A stretch of DNA of 64,000 bases from an uncultured Spirochaetota bacterium. Lineage in GTDB: Bacteria > Spirochaetota > Spirochaetia > SZUA-6 > Fen-1364. The notes below the pieces were generated by a model that was given only the letters and a program-made list of their open reading frames with translations, searched no databases and was not told the DNA's origin. Made by a program: the position numbers and the translations under genes. The stretch lies in NCBI GenBank assembly GCA_963734545.1, contig CAVTHO010000008.1, positions 32,001 to 96,000 on the forward strand, read 5' to 3'. The first letter of the stretch is position 1; every line of letters starts with the position of its first letter. This document shows positions 40,407 to 51,604 of this stretch, in pieces.

Positions 40407-41247
40407 GAGCACGGGGGACGCACACGGAGACGCACGGCCGTCCGAGTTCGTGCGCGGCTTGTATTTCGAGATACAGACGATCGAGGGCGTCCAGCCGCTG
40501 GAAATCTGGAACGGGATACGCGAGTTCTTCGATCCCTATGAGAAAACGGCCCTCATCAAGAACCTCTACAAGATCGTCTTCCCCCTGGTGAACGAGCACT
40601 GCTTCGGGTGGCCGTTCGCGGAACACTCCCGGCTCGCCCGTGAGACGGTCGGCATGGTCATCGACTGGTTCTCCGCGGACCCCGAGGCGCGGCTCTTCGC
40701 GCGCTTCCCCCACCCGCCCACGGGAGACGCCGACCAGAAGGCCCTGTACCGAACGATCAAGGAAAAGGCCGCCAGCCTCGTGGAGAACCTCCATCCCCTG
40801 GATCGCGGGGGGAAAGGCGCACACAAGGACTCGCAGACGCTCGCCCAGGGCGTGTTTCCCGGAGGCCTGTTCGATTTCAGGGAGATGCGTATCGTGGACA
40901 ACGAGCTCCCCTTCATCATCTTCACCGACAAGGAGTACCGGGTCATCCACGGCCTGGCAATCGTGTACCTGTGGCTCATCGACCTGGACAGCATCTTCCT
41001 GGGAACGCTCGAGAAGCAGAAGGTCGACGCGGCGATCATCGAAGAATACCGCCAGTTCGCGCGCAAAGTGCAGAAGGAGAACCCCCTCACGCTGCACGGC
41101 CGCAGGATCGACGCGAAGGAGGTGACCGCGCGCATACTGGAGCTGCTCAAGCAGGAGGATTACCTGGACCTTTTCGAAGACGTCTACCGCTGGTTCGAGC
41201 AGGCAAAGACCCGGTTCGGCACAAAGGGCGCGGCGCAGAAAGAGTGA
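40399..41247 (+). CDS. Hypothetical protein (282 aa) coupled to pgl
   Basis: Clean coding-like ORF overlapping the pgl stop; no recognised motif. Confidence 0.7.
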   Translation: MRESTGDAHGDARPSEFVRGLYFEIQTIEGVQPLEIWNGIREFFDPYEKTALIKNLYKIVFPLVNEHCFGWPFAEHSRLARETVGMVIDWFSADPEARLFARFPHPPTGDADQKALYRTIKEKAASLVENLHPLDRGGKGAHKDSQTLAQGVFPGGLFDFREMRIVDNELPFIIFTDKEYRVIHGLAIVYLWLIDLDSIFLGTLEKQKVDAAIIEEYRQFARKVQKENPLTLHGRRIDAKEVTARILELLKQEDYLDLFEDVYRWFEQAKTRFGTKGAAQKE

Positions 41248-41257
41248 GGCGCGGCAA

Positions 41258-41292
41258 AGAGGGGGGCCGCCGTCACCAGCGGCCCCCTCTGA
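41258..41292. terminator. Hairpin between convergent genes
   Basis: AGAGGGGGGCCGC...GCGGCCCCCTCT inverted repeat without a clear U-tract. Confidence 0.5.
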
Positions 41293-41310
41293 GCCTGTTC
41301 TTCCTGCGGA

Positions 41311-42678
41311 TCAGCCGACCTTCGGCAGGTCTTTCTCCGCTTTCAGGATCTCCTTTTCGGGATACTCGTAGTCCTCCAGCTTGCCCGCGAAGTACTGCTC
41401 GTAGGCGTACATGTCGAAGTGGCCGTGACCGGAGAGGTTGAAGAGGATCACCTTCTTCTCCCCCGTCTCCTTGCACTTCTTTGCCGCGCGGATGGCGGAG
41501 GCGATGGCGTGCGCGGACTCCGGCGCCGGGATGATCCCCTCGGTCCGGGCGAAGAGCACCGCCGCCTCGAAGGTCTCCTTCTGCCGCAGGGCCTCGGCCC
41601 GGATCAGGCCCTTGCTGTTCAGCAGGGACACGATGGGCGCCGCGCCGTGGTAGCGCAGCCCTCCCGCGTGCACGGACGGCGGGATGAACCCGTGGCCCAG
41701 GGTGTACATCTTGGCCAGCGGGATGAGCTTCCCCGCGTCCCCGAAATCGTAGGCGTAGATGCCCTTGCTGAGCGACGGGCAGGCCAGGGGCTCGGAGGCG
41801 ACGAACTCGATCTTCCTCTTTCCCGGAGATCTTGTCCTCCATGAAGGGGATCGCGATGCCGCCGAAGTTGCTCCCGCCGCCGTGGCAGGCGATGACGATG
41901 TCCGGCATAGAGGCCGAGGTCCTCCAGCACGGCGCGCGCCTCCAGGCCGATCACCGTCTGGTGCAGGAGCACGTGGTTGAGCACGGAGCCCAGGGAGTAC
42001 TTCACCGTTCCGCCGGACGTGGCCGCCACCTCCACCGCCTCGCTGATCGCGATGCCGAGGGAGCCCGGGGTAGTTGCGCTTGTCCTCGAGCATCTTCCTC
42101 CCGATCTGCGTCTCCTTGGACGGGCTCGGCGTGCACCTTTGCGCCGTAGCTCTCCATCATGATCTTGCGGTACGGCTTCTGCTCGTAGGAGGCGCGGACC
42201 ATGAAGACGTTGATGTCGAGATTGAAATGCGCGCCGGCGAACGCCAGGGCGCTCCCCCACTGCCCCGCCCCGGTTTCGGTGACGAGCTTCTTCACGCCCT
42301 CCTTCTTGTTGTAGTAGGCCTGCGCGATGGCCGTGTTCGGCTTGTGGCTGCCCGTGGGCGTCACGCTCTCGTTCTTGAAGAAGATCATGGCCGGCGTGCC
42401 CAGCGCCTCCTCCAGGAACTTCGCCCTGATGAGCGGGGTCGGCCGGAAGAGGGAGTACACCTTGAGCACCTCGTCGGGAATGGTGATTTCCCGCTGCTGG
42501 GAGACCTCCTGCTCGAGGAGGCCCATGGGGAACAGCGGCGTGAATGCCTCCAGGGGCACCGGCTTGCCGTCCGCGGGCTGAGCATGGGCGGAACCGGCTC
42601 GGGCAGCGACGGCTGGATGTTCAGCCACTTCTTCGGGATCTCCCTGGTGGGAAGCTGGAAGATTCTGTCGTCGGTCAT
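41311..42678 (-). CDS. trpB2: Stand-alone tryptophan synthase beta chain, TrpB2 type (frameshifted)
   Basis: [88 protein letters not shown]. Confidence 0.95.
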
Positions 42679-42736
42679 GGAGCGACTCCTTTCGAACGTG
42701 ATCTGGCGGCTCCGCGCCCCGACGGGGCGGAGAAAT

Positions 42737-42970
42737 AAAAAACCCGGGCCATTGCCCGGGTTTTCCGCGAATAAAAAAACCGCGGGCGGTTTCTCTCTCA
42801 AAGGGGAGGGAAACCGCCTGCGGTCTCCTGGCACATCGTTATACCGCTCAGGCAGACCTGGGTTTCCTCCCCGGGTCCACCACCACCAGGACTGCTGCAT
42901 GCGTACTGCTCATGTGCAAGACCGCTACTCATCATATGCATATATATACGGTATCCGGGCTTCCTGTCAA
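42737..42970 (-). promoter_or_regulatory. Tryptophan attenuator-like leader
   Basis: TTGACA (42965-42970) and TATATA promoter elements; ATG CAG CAG TCC TGG TGG TGG TGG (Trp codons 42877-42888); two hairpin+U-tract terminators at 42773-42824 and 42737-42764 before trpB2. Confidence 0.8.
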
Positions 42971-42979
42971 CAACAAAAA

Positions 42980-44021
42980 TCAGAAGTCGACGAGCTCCAC
43001 CTCGAAGACGAGGAAGGCGTTCGGCGGGATGACCCCCGGGTATCCGCGCTCGCCGTAGCCGAGCTCGGGCGGGATCACCAGCCGCCGCTTCTCCCCGCGC
43101 TTCATCATGAGGAGCGCCTCGGTCCAGCCCTCGATGACCCTGTCCACCTGGAACGTCACCGGCGCTCCGCGGGATTCCGTGCTGTCGAACACTCGTCCGT
43201 CCAGCAGCAGTCCCGTGTAGTTCACGCTGACCGTGACGCCGGCCGCGGGACTGGCCCCGGAACCCTTGGCCAGCACCTCGTACATGAGCCCGGACTTGGT
43301 CGTGGTCAGCTTCGGCCACTTCTTCCTGATGATCGCCAGGGCCGCCGCGCGGTCCTTCTTTTTCTTGTCCTCGACGGCTGACCGCGCCCCTGCCACCAGG
43401 GTGTCGAAGCCCTGCTGCGTCACCACGAATGCGCCCGCTGCCGGGCCCACGCGCAGGATGCGCACGCTGATCATGTGGTCCCCCGGCTTGATTGCCGTGA
43501 CCACGTCCATGCCCTGCACGACGTGCCCGAAGACGTTGTATCCGCCGTCCAGCCAGGGGGCAGCCTCCATCGTGATGTAGAACTGGCTGCCGTTGGTGTC
43601 GGGACCCGAGTTCGCCATGGCAAGCACGCCCGGGGCGTCGTGCTTCAGATCCGCGCGCATCTCGTTCGGGAACTCGTAGCCGGGGCCGCCGCTGCCGTCG
43701 CCCTTCGGGTCGCCGCCCTGGATCACGAATCCCTTGTCCACCCTGTGGAAGGTGAGGCCATCGTAGAACTTCCTTCCCGACGCGCCGTTCGCCTTCAGCG
43801 TGCCCTCCGCGAGGCCGACGAAGTTGGCCACGGTCATGGGGGACTTCTGGTACTCGAGCGAGCAGATGATGGTCCCCCGCTCGGTCTTTATCTCGGCGTA
43901 CAGCCCGTCCGGCGAGCGGCTTCTGCGCCTGAGGCAGACAGCGCGGGAACGACGGCGAGGACGATGACAGGGCCAGCGATCAATTCCGCGGATTTGCGCA
44001 GTGGTCAGTCGACTGTGCCAC
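42980..44021 (-). CDS. Cyclophilin-FKBP dual peptidyl-prolyl isomerase with signal peptide (start approximate)
   Basis: Cyclophilin FYDGLTFHRV, QGGDP, LAMANSGPDTNGSQFYIT, then FKBP SGLMYEV, VNYTG, FDS, VIEGW, LGYG, LVFEVEL. Confidence 0.92.
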
Positions 44022-44039
44022 GGACGGCGCGGTTCACTG

Positions 44040-44554
44040 TCAAGACTCGAGGTCCACCTCCAGGGGATCGTCGGGCGACGGCACGATCTTCCACTCCTGC
44101 GTGTCCGGGTCGAAATCCGCGATCTTCGAGAGGGGCATCTTGATGTACCTCCCCTGCCCTTCCACCGCCACGGAGCCGTCCTCCAGGAGGATCTCGCCGG
44201 TGCCTTCGAAGAACCGCGACCCTTCCTTCACGATCCGGCCGACAACCCGCACGGGCGTGTCGATCGGCACCGGCTTCTTGAATCGCATCGTGAACTCCAC
44301 CGTGACGCCCCAGACCTCGCCCTGGGACCTGTTCAGGATGGCCCTGCCGATTGTCTCGTCGAGGACCGTGGCGCTGATCCCGCCGTGCAGCCGGCCCGGG
44401 ATAGCTCTGGTGCTCGTCCCGCGCCTTGAAGATAGCCATGAGATCCCCGCCTTCCAGCTCGTAGAAGGAGGCCCGGAGGCCCGACGGGATTCTTCAGGCC
44501 GCAGACGAAACACATCCTGGAGTTCTGCTGTTTTCCCGTCACCTTGCGTTTCAT
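44040..44554 (-). CDS. PaaI-like hotdog-fold thioesterase (frameshifted)
   Basis: QQNSRMCFVCGLKNP, HQSYPGRLHGGISATVLDETIGRA, RFKKPVP. Confidence 0.88.
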
Positions 44555-46243
44555 AGCAGGGTGCTCCCCAGCACGATCTGAGATGCCTCGTAGTAGGACG
44601 GGCCGAGCCGGCGCAGCACTTCCGCGACGTCGCGCTCGTCGCCCTCGATGCCGAGGGCGGCGAAGTTCTTGTCCCCGCGCGCGCCGAGCTGGAGGTCCAC
44701 CACGTTCACGCCGCGGGAGGCGAGCGCGGAGAGCAGGACGAGCACGACGCCCGGCCGGTTCGCGTGCACGGCGACCACCATGTGACGCGAGACCGGGTAT
44801 GGGCAGCCAGACGCCGTCCACCTCGAGCAGGTAGGCGGCGGCAGGCTTGAGGGGCGGCAGGCGCATGCGGACGTCCGTGTCGATGCGCATGAACCGGTCC
44901 GCCGCGGTGCCCAGCACGAACTCCACCGCCTCCCGGATGTGCTCCTGGGGCCGCCAAGGGTGAGGTACGCGGTGGCCGTGCCGTCCTGCAGGGAGTTCAG
45001 CCACGCGGTCTCGACGTTGATCTCCTCCGAGGCCAGCGTGTTGAGCAGGATGGCCAGGGTTCCCGGGAAGGTCTCTGTGGTGGGAGAAGAGGCAGGCGAT
45101 TTCCCCGCCTTCATAGGCGGGCATCCGAGTCGGTGATCGTCACCGACCTTTCCTCCTTGCGCACGCGGATGGCGTGGAAGGACCCGAGCGAGGAAGATTC
45201 GGGAAACTCCTTCTGCAGGGACCTGAACCTGCCCCCGAATGAGAGGTGCGGAATCTCCAGCCGCTTCTCTCGCGCAAATCGATGGTTGAGCATTTCCATG
45301 CCGAGGTTGAGGACGTGATAGGGACCCTCGCTCCCTGCCTGCAGCGAGCGCTTCTCGGGAATGCCCCGGGAGAACGAGACGTAGTAGCGGTAGCCCGCTT
45401 TCCGCACCGCCTCGAGGCCCGCCGCGTAGTCCCGTCCGAGGTCGTCGAGGGCTGTGGGTGTCCCCGCCGATCGCCACAGGGATGCCCAGGGTGCGGGCCC
45501 GGCGGAGGATCTCGGGGTGCGGATAGATGCCCACTCCCTTGCGGAGGCCGGAGAGGTTCACATCCAGCGCAAGGTTGCGCTCGGCGATCATCTCCAGCAG
45601 GGTGAAAAGCCTGCGCGCCGTCTCGCTGTCGGCCCCGTCCAGGTCGGTGAGGCACGCCGGCAGCGGGGCAAAGAGCTTGGGCAGGTCGAGGTGCCCGACA
45701 ACGGAGATCATCTGCCAGCTCGCGTCCACCATCTCGATGCAGCTCGTCGAAATATGCGGCCCAGAACGGCTCCACGCCGCCCCGTTCTTCGATCAGGCGG
45801 CGCGTGTCCTCCGCGGAGCCGTCGTACGGGATGCCGTTGGGCGCGAAATGTATCGGAGGACACGACAAAGTCCACCCCGTGGGCCTGGAACAGCTTTGCC
45901 CGGTTCCACTGCATGCCGCAGGCCGGTCCCCAGCCACTCGAGCTCCACGCCGCAGCGGACCTGGATCCGGCCGGCGAACCTTTCGCGCAGGCCCCGCATC
46001 CGGGCGGCGAAGTCGAAATAGGAGGCGTCCCCGCGGATGAACTTCACCGCCGTGTCGCGTTCCTCGCGTAGCGGAACCGGGTGAGCCGGGGGGAGTGGAT
46101 GATGAGGGTGAGGGACGGGAAACCCAGGCCGGATGGCCCGGTCCGACAACGGCGTCCAGGTCGTCTATCCCGTGTTTGACGTGGTCGGTGCCGGTGCCCA
46201 CGTGAATGCCGTGGGTCTCCCAGATGAACGGCTGCGCGTGCAT
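44551..46243 (-). CDS. PHP-family phosphoesterase (HisK-like) fused to two ACT-like domains (frameshifted)
   Basis: ETHGIH, IIH, CGVELEW, VVGHLDLPK, LDVNLSGLRK...YP, IGGDTHS, followed by PGTLAILLNTLASEEINV and NRPGVVLVLLSALASRGVNV. Confidence 0.78.
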
Positions 46244-46316
46244 GCGGGCCAGTATAGCGAATTACCGGCGCGTCGGCCAACTTGAAAGCAGACCCGGTTT
46301 ATTCTATCTTCGACGC

Positions 46317-46757
46317 ATGGACAGCCGCGAGGTGATGAACAGGATCGGGGCCATCATCGAGGCCCACGGGACGGGACTTGCTCGCCACGGCGGACCAGGA
46401 CGGCACCCCTCACCTGCGCTGGCTCACGCCGACTCTCCTCCGGGAGCGGGCCGGGCGCCATCTATGCCATCACGGCGCCCCGGTTCGCGAAGGTCGTGCA
46501 GGTGCGCAAGCACCCGCGGGTGGAGTGGATGTTCCAGACGCCGACGCTGGACGAGATCGTCAGCATCCGCGGCGCGATCAACGTCGTGGAGAACCCCTCG
46601 CTGCGGGCGGAGGTCCTCGAGGTGCTCGGCCCCCGGCTGCGCACGTTCTGGAAGCTCGCGCACGACCCGCGTGACCTGGTCGTCCTGGAGACAGTCGTTG
46701 AAGAGGCGACCCACTTCCTGCCGATGCAGGGCAGGAAAGACAGTCGTCCATTTCTGA
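46317..46757 (+). CDS. Pyridoxamine 5'-phosphate oxidase-like FMN-binding protein (frameshifted)
   Basis: LATADQDGTPHLRW and KVVQVRKHPRVEWMF split-barrel pattern. Confidence 0.72.
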   Translation: MDSREVMNRIGAIIEAHGTGLARHGGPGRHPSPALAHADSPPGAGRAPSMPSRRPGSRRSCRCASTRGWSGCSRRRRWTRSSASAARSTSWRTPRCGRRSSRCSAPGCARSGSSRTTRVTWSSWRQSLKRRPTSCRCRAGKTVVHF

Positions 46758-46771
46758 GGGAAGGAGCGCGG

Positions 46772-47763
46772 ATGGGCGACCAGGAAGAGGGAGCGCGCCT
46801 CGGCGCGCAGTTCGAGAAAGATCTCCTCGGACAAGATGCTCCTCATCCGCAGGTTCGAGGAGAAGGCCGCGCAGATGTACGGCCTGAAGAAGATCGGCGG
46901 CTTCTGCCACCTGTACATCGGGCAGGAAGCAGCCGGCTGTCGGCGCCATCGCCGCCATCGACCTTGCCAACGGACTACACCGTGGGCGCCTACCGTGACC
47001 ACGGCTACGCGCTGGCCTGCGGCATGGATCCCCGAGGGTCTCATGGCGGAGCTCTTCGGCAAGGCAACGGGATGCTCCAAGGGCAAGGGCGGCTCCATGC
47101 ACTTCTTCGACGCCGCAGCGGCACATGTTCGGCGGCAACGGCATCGTCGGCGCGCAGATCCCCGTGGCAACGGGCGTGGCCCTGAAGTGCCGCTACCGCA
47201 AGGACGGCGGCGTGGTGCTCTGCTGGTTCGGCGACGGCGCCATCCACCAGGGATCCTTCCACGAGAGCCTCAACATGGCCAAGATCTGGAACCTTCCCAT
47301 CATCTACATCTGCGAGAACAACCAGTACGGCATGGGCACCGACTTCCGCCGGGTCTCCTCGGTCACCGACTTCGTGGTCATGGGAGACTCCTACGGCATC
47401 CCGGGCAAGCAGGTGAACGGCATGGACGTGCTGGAGGTGTACCGGGAGGTCGAGCGAGGCCGCGGCGCGGGTCCGAACGGAGTCCACGCCCATGTTCCTG
47501 GAGATCAAGACCTACCGCTACCGGGGCCATTCGATGAGCGACCCGGCCAAGTACCGCACTCCGGAGGAGCTGGAATCCTACAAGAAGCAGGATCCGCATC
47601 CTGATCCTGAAGTCCAGGATGGAGGAGTCCGGCAATCTCACCGAGCGGCCAGTACGCGGCCATGGACGCGGAGTGCAAGGCGGTGTGCGACGACGCGGTG
47701 AAGTTCGCGGAGGAGAGCCCCGAGCCCGAGCCCTCCGCTCTGTACGAGGACGTGCTCGCATGA
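46772..47763 (+). CDS. pdhA: Pyruvate dehydrogenase E1 alpha (frameshifted)
   Basis: MLLIRRFEEK, GFCHLYIGQEA, GKGGSMH, GDGA...ENN, TYRYRGHSMSDP. Confidence 0.96.
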
Positions 47764-48742
47764 GCCTCGATCACCTTCCGGGAAGCCCTGCGTGCCGCCA
47801 TGGACGAGGAGATGGCGCGCGACGACTCGGTCATCCTCCTGGGCGAGGAGGTCGGCCAGTACAACGGCGCCTACAAGGTCAGCCAGGGACTGCTGGAGAA
47901 GTACGGGCCCGAGCGCGTCATCGACACGCCCATCTCGGAGGAGGGATTCACCGGCATCGGCATCGGCGCCGCGATGGCCGGTCTGCGTCCCATCGTCGAA
48001 TGGATGACCCTCAACTTCTCCCTGCAGGCCATGGACCAGGTCATCAGCAACGCGGCCAAGATGCGCTACATGTCCGGCGGCCAGTTCACCGTGCCCGATG
48101 GTCTTCCGCGGACCCAACGGCCCCGCGGAGTACCTGGGCGCCCAGCACTCCCAGGCGCTGCAGTCGCTCTACGCGCATTTTCCCGGCCTGAAGGTGGTGG
48201 CGCCCTCCACGCCCGCGGACGGCAAGGGCCTGCTGAAGGCCTCCATCCGGGACGACAACCCCGTGCTCTTCCTGGAATCGCGAGATGATGTACGGGGTGA
48301 AGGGCGAGGTGCCGGACGGCGAGCACCTCGTGCCCCTCGGCGTGGCCGAGGTGAAGCGCCCCGGGAAGGACGTGACCATCGTCAGCTTCTCCAAGCCCGT
48401 GCGCATGGTCCTGGAAGCGGCGGAGGCGCTTGCCGCGCGAGGGGATCGAGGCCGAGGTCGTGGACCTGCGCACCATACGGCCCCTGGACGAGAAGGCGAT
48501 CTACGACTCGGTGGTGAAGACGAATCGCTGCGTCGTCGTGGACGAGGCCATGGCCGTTTGCCAGCGTGGGCTCGCACGTGGCGTGGCTCGTCTCCCGCAA
48601 CTGCTTCGACGACCTGGACGCGGCGGTGGAGCTCGTCTCCGTCGGAGGACGTGCCCATGCCGTACAACCACTCCCTGGAGCTCGCCGCCCAGCCTTCGGT
48701 GGCCAAGATCGTCGAGGCGGTGAAAGGGTGCTGTATGCCTGA
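47760..48742 (+). CDS. pdhB: Pyruvate dehydrogenase E1 beta (frameshifted)
   Basis: [42 protein letters not shown]. Confidence 0.96.
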
Positions 48743-49995
48743 GAAGATCCTGATGATCGCCCTGTCTCCCACCATGGAGACCGGCACCCTCGCGCGGTGG
48801 CGGAAGAAGGAAGGGGACACGTCGCCAGCGGCGACGTGCTCTGCGAGGTGGAGACCGACAAGGCCACCATGGACTACGAGTCCAGCTGCCGAGGGAACTC
48901 TCCTCAAGATCCTGCTGCCCGAGGGCGGGCAGGCAAAGGTCGGAGACCTCATCGCCATCGTCGGAAAGCCGGGAGAGGACATCTCGGGGATCATGGCAGG
49001 GCTCGGCTCAGCGCCTGCCGTGGAGCATGCCCCTGCCCGGGGGGCGGCAGCGCCGTCAGCCCCGGCCTTGACGCCCGCGCCTGCGGGAGTCGCTTGCAGC
49101 CCCGAGCCCTTCCCTGAAAACAGGCGCGCCGGCGGGCAGGATCAAGTCCTCACCCCTTGCGCGCAAGGTCGCGGCCCAGAAGGGCGTCGACCTCCGCTCC
49201 CTCGCGGCTCGGGCCCCGCCGGAAGAATCGTGATGCGGGACCTGGAGAAGCTGCCCGCGGCACCGGCGCGTGAGCAGACTGGGGCCGCCATCGGCTCCCC
49301 TGCAGCCCGGCGCCGGCGACGAGGTCGTCCCCGTCTCACGGATGCGCAAGGTCATCGCAAAGCGGCTCTCGGAATCGATGTACAGCGCACCGCACTTCTA
49401 TCTCACCGTGGCGGTGGGCATGGACGAGCTTCTGGCCGCGCGCACGAAGATGAACGACGGGACGCGAGAAGAAGCTTTCCGTCAACGCGTTTCTCATGGC
49501 CATTGCGGGCAGGACGCTTGCCCGTCATCCGCAGGTCAACTCGACGTGGAACGGGGACACGTTCCTGCGGCACGCCGCGGCAGACATCGGCCTCGCGGTG
49601 GCGCTGCCGGACGGCCTGATCACCCCGTCGTGCGTGACTGCGGCCGCAAGGGCATCATCGCCATCGACGCGGAGCTCGCAGACCTCGTCGAAAGGGCACG
49701 CGCGGGCAAGCTCGCGCCGGAAGAGTACGCGGGAGCGACCTTCACCATCAGCAATCTCGGCATGGCGGGGATCGACGAGTTCACCGCCATCATCAACCCG
49801 CCCGGCTCCGCCATCCTCGCGGTGGGAGCGGTGCGCAAGGAAGTCGTAGTGGCGGAGAACGACGCGATGGTCGTCCGGCAGCGGATGCGCGTCACGCTCT
49901 CCTGCGATCACCGGGTCATCGACGGCGCGGTCGGCGCCGCGTTTCTCAGGGAGCTGGCGGACATGCTGGAGAATCCGCTGCTCGCCCTTGCCTGA
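48735..49995 (+). CDS. pdhC: Dihydrolipoamide acetyltransferase E2 (frameshifted)
   Basis: LSPTMETG, EVETDKATM lipoyl site, SPLARK, TFTISNLG, IINPP, CDHRVIDGA. Confidence 0.96.
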
Positions 49996-50022
49996 GCCGT
50001 TCCCTGACACGGAGGAGACACA

Positions 50023-51416
50023 ATGGCAGGCTTCGATTTCGACGTTCTCATCATGGGCTCGGGTCCCGGCGGGTACGTGGCCGGCATCCGCGCTGCCCAG
50101 CTCGGCCTGAAGGCCGCCGTCATCGAGCGGGACAAGGTGGGCGGGGTGTGCCTGAACATCGGCTGCATCCCTTCCAAGGCGCTGATCCACCAGGCCGAGC
50201 TCTTCCGCTCCCTGCCCGCCCTGAAGGAAATGGGCATCGCGGTGGACGTGAAGGGACTTCGACTACTCGAAGGTGTTCGACAAGTCCCGCAAGGCGGCGG
50301 ACACGCTCTCCAAGGGTGTGCAGTTCCTGCTGAAGAAGTACAAGGCGGAGCTCATCACGGGGGACGCCGTCCTTCTCGGGAAGGAACGAGGTCACCCTCA
50401 AGGACGGGAAGAAGATCACCGGGAAGAACATCATCATCGCCACCGGCTCCCGGCCCCGCGTCATCCCGGGCTTCGAGTTCGACGAGAAGCAGGTGCTCTC
50501 TTCCACGGGCGCGCTCATGCTCAAGAAGCTGCCGAAAAAGGCGATCATCCTCGGCGCGGGGGCCATCGGCGTGGAGTTCAGCCACGTCTGGAACTCGTTC
50601 GGCGTCGAGGTGCACCTGGTGGAAATGATGGACCGGATCCTCCCCCTGGAGGACGCGGAGGCGGTCCAGGTCCTTGCGCGCAGCTTCCAGAAGCGGGGCG
50701 TGCAGATGTACACGGGGACAAAGGCTGTCTCCCTGCAGAAGGCAAAAGCCGGAGTGAGCGTCGTCCTGGAGGACAAGGCCGGCGCACGCACGACCCTCGA
50801 GGCGGACCTGATCCTCGTGGTCGTCGGCCGCACGTGCAACACGGACGGCATCGGGCTGGACAAGGTGGGCATCGCCACGGAGAAGGGCTTCATCCCCGTG
50901 GGGGACTACAACCAGACGAAGGTCCCCGGCATCTACGCCATCGGGGACGTCGTGGCCACTCCCCTCCTGGCGCACGTGGCGTTCAAGGAGGCGGAGATGG
51001 TGGTCGAGCACCTGGCCGGCAAATCCCCGGCGCCGCGCCTCGACCCCCTCTCCATCCCCGGGGCCACCTACTGCGAGCCGCAGGTGGCCAGCTTCGGCCT
51101 TACCGAGTGGAAAGCCGTGGAACAGAAAGTGCCGTTCGCCAAGGCGAGCTTCCCCTACCGTGGCGCGGGGAAGTCGGTGGCCATCGAGCAGTCAGAAGGA
51201 TTCGTGAAGGTCATCTACGATCCGAAGACAAAGGAGATCCTCGGCGCCCACGTGGTGGGCGCGGAAGCCACGGAGCTCATCCACGAGCTGCTGCTCGCGC
51301 GCACCGCCGAGCTCCTGCCCGAGGACATCGCCAACATGATCCACGCGCACCCCACCCTCTCGGAGGCTGTCATGGAGTCCATGCGCGCCGTGGAGGGCTG
51401 GAATATTCACGTGTAG
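50023..51416 (+). CDS. lpdA: Dihydrolipoamide dehydrogenase E3 (frameshifted)
   Basis: [43 protein letters not shown]. Confidence 0.97.
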
Positions 51417-51572
51417 TCAGGGATGACGCAAGTCGGCCGAGGACAGGGATGTCCGAAAGGCCGACTGTAGCCATGGATGGCGAAGGCGCGCGAGGCCAGG
51501 GATGGCCGAAAGCGCGCCTGTAGCCATGGATGGCGAAGGCGCGCGAGGCCAGGGATGGCCGAAAGCGCGCCT
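51413..51572 (+). repeat. Tandem array of three 53-54-nt structured units with GGA-loop hairpins, plus a partial fourth unit to ~51608
   Basis: Units 2 and 3 (51467-51519, 51520-51572) are identical: GTAGCCATGGATGGCGAAGGCGCGCGAGGCCAGGGATGGCCGAAAGCGCGCCT. Unit 1 (51413-51466) differs almost only by compensatory stem changes. Confidence 0.92.
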
Positions 51573-51604
51573 GTAGCCAAGGCCGACTGTAGCCCGGACG
51601 CCGG

